From Candidatus Methylomirabilis oxygeniifera (GTDB taxonomy: Bacteria; Methylomirabilota; Methylomirabilia; Methylomirabilales; Methylomirabilaceae), in assembly GCA_000091165.1 (NCBI GenBank), contig FP565575.1:660001-692000 (forward strand): a stretch of DNA of 32,000 bases. Reading direction: 5' to 3'. Position 1 is the first letter of the stretch, and every line of letters begins with the position of its first letter. A program made the translations under genes and the position numbers. Below, one piece after another: positions 28,680 to 32,000 of this stretch. The notes under the pieces are model-generated. The model was given only the letters and a program-made list of their open reading frames with translations, was not told where the DNA came from and ran no database searches.

Positions 28680-28781
28680 TGCCAGACCATGTCGAGGATA
28701 TGGCATGATGATGACGGCCTCGCGCGAATCGACGTCATGCTGATCTTTGAAGAGAACCCATCCTGCAAACTCCTTGTTGTG

Positions 28782-28858
28782 CTTCGACGGGCTCAGTACG
28801 AACGGAAAACACGTCAATGTGTTCAATGCGCATACCGTTCGCCCTGAGCGTGTCGAAG
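28782..28858. repeat. Inverted pair of CTTCGAC..GCTCAG..CGAACGG repeat units
   Basis: CTTCGACGGGCTCAGTACGAACGG (28782-28805) and CCGTTCGCCCTGAGCGTGTCGAAG (28835-28858): 24-nt arms with 4 mismatches. Confidence 0.8.
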
Positions 28859-28912
28859 GGTGGTGGGAGGTTCACAGGACAGGCGCCTTAGTGGCTACGA
28901 AGGAAAGCGTCA

Positions 28913-29551
28913 GTGAATCCTGAATCGCTGCACTCCGAGCCGAAGCGTCGGCGCCAGATAATGGTGGCCTGTATTGCCGTGGTCGTTTCTCTCATTGTCG
29001 CAGTGGCGGCACTCGCGAACGCGCAGGCGGTCAGGAATCATCTGTGCTATGAGCACCGCATGAACATGTTTTGCACGATCGCCCAGATCGGCGAATCCGA
29101 CATGCGGGTATTCGCATGGTATCCTGAGGCGAGGCCATCCGGCCCGCCTCGTTCCAACCCAACCTCTCACCGGAACGGGGTGGCGCCTCCTAGAATTCTG
29201 TCCGAAATTCCTCCGTACGAAAAACGCTCATATGGCACCAGCTTCCCGAGCGGGACACGACAGTGGCTGTATTGGCAAGCGCGACTCACGGCTCGCGCCG
29301 CTCCCGGCAGCGTAATCAAGTTCCTGGCCCATTGGACGACGTATGGTGCGGGTGGTCGTTCCGTTGCGGGTGGTGTGGTAGAGGCTGCCTGGGGTGCCGA
29401 GGACCCGACGGTCATGATTATCGGCCCTGCCGACGACGATCCGATTCGTACCGTTGGCCAATTCCCCCCTGGCCACTATGAGATTGTTCTGAAGGTCTAC
29501 GGCAATCAACTGGCTGAATCGGAAGTTCGCGGCGGATTCGATGTTCATTGA
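28913..29551 (+). CDS. Hypothetical exported/membrane-anchored protein
   Basis: 212 aa, N-terminal TM (IMVACIAVVVSLIVAVAALANA), soluble remainder with no recognised family. Confidence 0.6.
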   Translation: MNPESLHSEPKRRRQIMVACIAVVVSLIVAVAALANAQAVRNHLCYEHRMNMFCTIAQIGESDMRVFAWYPEARPSGPPRSNPTSHRNGVAPPRILSEIPPYEKRSYGTSFPSGTRQWLYWQARLTARAAPGSVIKFLAHWTTYGAGGRSVAGGVVEAAWGAEDPTVMIIGPADDDPIRTVGQFPPGHYEIVLKVYGNQLAESEVRGGFDVH

Positions 29552-29690
29552 GGCGTACCCAACTGAACATCCGAAAAATACGCACAGATAGGAAATTCTT
29601 GACATTCTGTAGAGGCGGACCTATAGTCCATGCGCTACTCGAATTCAGAGTTGCGTTTCCAGTCGTACCCCATATCCCGAAGGTTTAAAG

Positions 29691-30692
29691 ATGAAGAAAC
29701 GTAACGCTGTCATCGCCCTGTTACCGTTATTGGCTGTTGCGCTCTTCTTCGGATGGGCCTGCAGTCGATTCAGCCCACCACCCTCCGGCCCTGAAACTCT
29801 TCATGCCCAAGAGACATCTGCTGCACGCGCGGTTGCGCCTCGGCCTCAGTGGACCGGTCCCCCACCGGGCGCCAAATACGTGGGGAGCGATTCCTGTCTG
29901 ACGTGTCATGAGGAGTCGACGCAGCGCTTCCATAAGACCATGATGGGGCGGATCATGTCCGTAAACCCGCGCACTCCCCAAGAGCAGCGAAACTGCGAGT
30001 CATGTCATGGTCCGGGAGGTCCGCACACCGATACGGAGGGCGGCGCCATCGGGACGTTGATGACCTTCAAGAAAGGCGCAGAGCCGGTCGAAGCGCAGAA
30101 TGCCACGTGTGTGAACGGCTGCCACGAAAAGGGCGAGCACACCTTCTGGAGGGGAAGCACCCACGAATCACGGGGGGTGGCGTGCGTATCATGTCACAAG
30201 GTGATGGGGTCGGTGTCCGACCGATACAATCTGACGAAGCCGACCGCGATCGAGGTCTGCTCGCAGTGCCACCAGACCCGACGAGCCCAGCTCCAACGCA
30301 GCTCCCACATGCCGCTGCGCGAGGGAAAGATCAGTTGCAGCGACTGCCACAACCCTCACGGGACTGCGACACAGGCTATGCTTCGCGAAGACTCCGTCAA
30401 TGAGAACTGCTACACGTGTCATGCCGAGAAACGGGGACCGTTTCTGTGGGAGCATGCGCCCGTCATTGAGAGCTGTACGAACTGCCATGAGCCGCACGGC
30501 TCCACCAATGCAAGGCTCCTGAAGGTCAGGATTCCGCGCCTCTGTCAGCAGTGTCACGTCGAGACCCGACACCCGACCAATCCATACGATCCGACAACCG
30601 GATCGAGGTTTGTCGTCAACCGAGGTTGTACCAACTGCCACCAGAAGATCCATGGATCTAACCATCCCTCAGGGTTCGCCTTCACGAACTGA
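29691..30692 (+). CDS. Multiheme cytochrome c, MtrA/DmsE-like decaheme type
   Basis: 333 aa; nine CXXCH motifs (CLTCH, CESCH, CVSCH, CSQCH, CSDCH, CYTCH, CTNCH, CQQCH, CTNCH) plus one CVNGCH (CX3CH). Confidence 0.9.
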   Translation: MKKRNAVIALLPLLAVALFFGWACSRFSPPPSGPETLHAQETSAARAVAPRPQWTGPPPGAKYVGSDSCLTCHEESTQRFHKTMMGRIMSVNPRTPQEQRNCESCHGPGGPHTDTEGGAIGTLMTFKKGAEPVEAQNATCVNGCHEKGEHTFWRGSTHESRGVACVSCHKVMGSVSDRYNLTKPTAIEVCSQCHQTRRAQLQRSSHMPLREGKISCSDCHNPHGTATQAMLREDSVNENCYTCHAEKRGPFLWEHAPVIESCTNCHEPHGSTNARLLKVRIPRLCQQCHVETRHPTNPYDPTTGSRFVVNRGCTNCHQKIHGSNHPSGFAFTN

Positions 30693-30727
30693 GGTTTGCG
30701 ATCTGCAGCACACGGAGGAGGTGGGCC

Positions 30728-32000
30728 ATGGGCGCATTGCTTGGAATAAGACGATTTGGTCGCACGCTGCTGCTCGCCTTCGCCCTGCTGTCGGCGGCCG
30801 TCGCCTCAGGTTACGCCGAACAGCCCTCTCCGCAGGAGGCCATCCCTTCTTGGGTCAACTGGCTCAATACCGGGCTGCCCTTTGATTTTGAGCTGACCGG
30901 ATTGGATGTTGAGGGTGGCTATCGCGACATCGACGGCCGTCGGAGTTCGGCCAAGTTCCAGGAGTACCGTGTCCTTGAAGAGAGTCCCTTTTTGGATCAC
31001 CTTCGTCTCTCCCTGGAGACCAAAGATAAAAGGCGCTACATCGACTTCACCGCCATTGACAGCTTTAAGCAGGATCAGAGCTACCTGTTTCGACTGGGGC
31101 AGTACGGCGACTATGATCTGGAGATCTTCTGGGATCAGGTTCCGCATTTGTTGAGTACGACGGGACGGACCCTGTTCTCGACGACGCATAAAGACAGTAC
31201 CTCGTTTTTGACTCTGCCCGCTGGTGTTGCCTCAACAGTCCAGGGCGCGACCCCCGCGACAAGAGCCTCCATGTTGGCCGGTTTTCTTGCGAATGCGGCG
31301 CCGGTCGATCTGTCGTTTCTCACAAGTAAGGCAGGGTTTCGATTCAAGTACGCCTTGAGCGAGTCGCTCGGTATGGGGGTCCGTTACACCTATACGGAGA
31401 AAGACGGGACGATTCCGTTCGGCGCAGGCTTCAGCAGCCCGGGTGGCAACATCGTAGAGCTTCCCGCGCCTCTCTTTCATCGAACCCACCAGGTCGAGGT
31501 GAAAACCGAGTATGCGAAGCCAGGCTGGAATATCGGCCTAGGCTATGCCGCCTCGATCTTCGACCAGGGGATCAAGAATATCGTGTTCGACAATCCGCTC
31601 TCGGCGACCAACAGTCCGACCGCCTCGGCGAGCGGGCGAACGACCATGGACCCGAGTAACCATGCCCATAATGTATTTCTGTCTGGCGGCGTCTCTCTTC
31701 CTTTGCGCACCCGGATCACCGGCAAGTTTTCCTACGGTTGGCGGTTTCAGGACGCGACATTCGTTTCGCACACCATCAATCCGGCCCTGGCCGCCGATCC
31801 TCAGTTGGCTCTCCCCAGACGTGATCTCGACGGCGATATCAGGACGGCTCTGGTAACCGTCAACGCGACGAGCCGCCCGCTTGCCGCTCTGCCGCTGACA
31901 CTCAATGGCGGCTACCGCTTCTATGACTTCGATAACCGATCGTCTGAGATCGAGTTTGCCGCGCATACAGTCCGGGATACGTCGCTCACAGCCGAGACCC
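30728..32000 (+). CDS. MtrB/PioB-family decaheme-associated outer membrane beta-barrel protein (3'-truncated)
   Basis: My translation: MGALLGIRRFGRTLLLAFALLSAAVASGYAEQPS...FDFELTGLDVEGGYRDIDGRRSSAKFQEYRVLEESPFLDHLRLSLETKDKRRYIDFTAIDSFKQDQSYLFRLGQYGDYDLEIFWDQVPHLLS; alternating amphipathic strands; continues beyond the window. Confidence 0.85.
   Translation, partial: MGALLGIRRFGRTLLLAFALLSAAVASGYAEQPSPQEAIPSWVNWLNTGLPFDFELTGLDVEGGYRDIDGRRSSAKFQEYRVLEESPFLDHLRLSLETKDKRRYIDFTAIDSFKQDQSYLFRLGQYGDYDLEIFWDQVPHLLSTTGRTLFSTTHKDSTSFLTLPAGVASTVQGATPATRASMLAGFLANAAPVDLSFLTSKAGFRFKYALSESLGMGVRYTYTEKDGTIPFGAGFSSPGGNIVELPAPLFHRTHQVEVKTEYAKPGWNIGLGYAASIFDQGIKNIVFDNPLSATNSPTASASGRTTMDPSNHAHNVFLSGGVSLPLRTRITGKFSYGWRFQDATFVSHTINPALAADPQLALPRRDLDGDIRTALVTVNATSRPLAALPLTLNGGYRFYDFDNRSSEIEFAAHTVRDTSLTAET

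Noticed and set aside
1-32000. CRISPR arrays, rRNA and tRNA genes
   Set aside because: No regularly spaced direct repeats, no rRNA-like stretches and no convincing tRNA cloverleaf were seen by eye; a tRNAscan-SE/Infernal run would be needed to exclude small RNAs.

Overview
This 32-kb window looks like a chromosome segment of a denitrifying, possibly NC10/Methylomirabilis-like, bacterium; the taxon is an inference. On the minus strand from the left edge it carries a 3'-truncated narG-type molybdoenzyme gene, translationally coupled to a membrane-anchored triheme cytochrome c. An accessory stretch of about 5-13 kb follows: an orphan SbcC C-terminal fragment, REP-like repeats, a decayed IS1634-type element with recognisable terminal inverted repeats, a VapBC-type pair, an ATPase fragment and a lipoprotein. 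Next comes a minus-strand cluster with a CuA-bearing subunit II, a heme-copper oxidase superfamily subunit I, a hypothetical protein and a SCO1/SenC protein. Subunit I keeps all six heme/Cu histidines but has Asn (followed by Glu) where oxidases carry the cross-linked Tyr, so it is a candidate CuA-type NO reductase or another non-canonical HCO enzyme. The block after that holds a LysR regulator, a GT4 glycosyltransferase, an AsmA-like protein, gatB, a GGCT-like protein, a small secreted protein, gatA, gatC and a uvrD/pcrA helicase. The right end carries a second toxin-antitoxin pair and a ten-heme-motif cytochrome (one motif CX3CH) next to an MtrB/PioB-like outer-membrane barrel protein. Several palindromic repeat families are present; two lie inside or at the start of conserved genes (an in-frame insert in the AsmA-like gene, and the start region of gatB).
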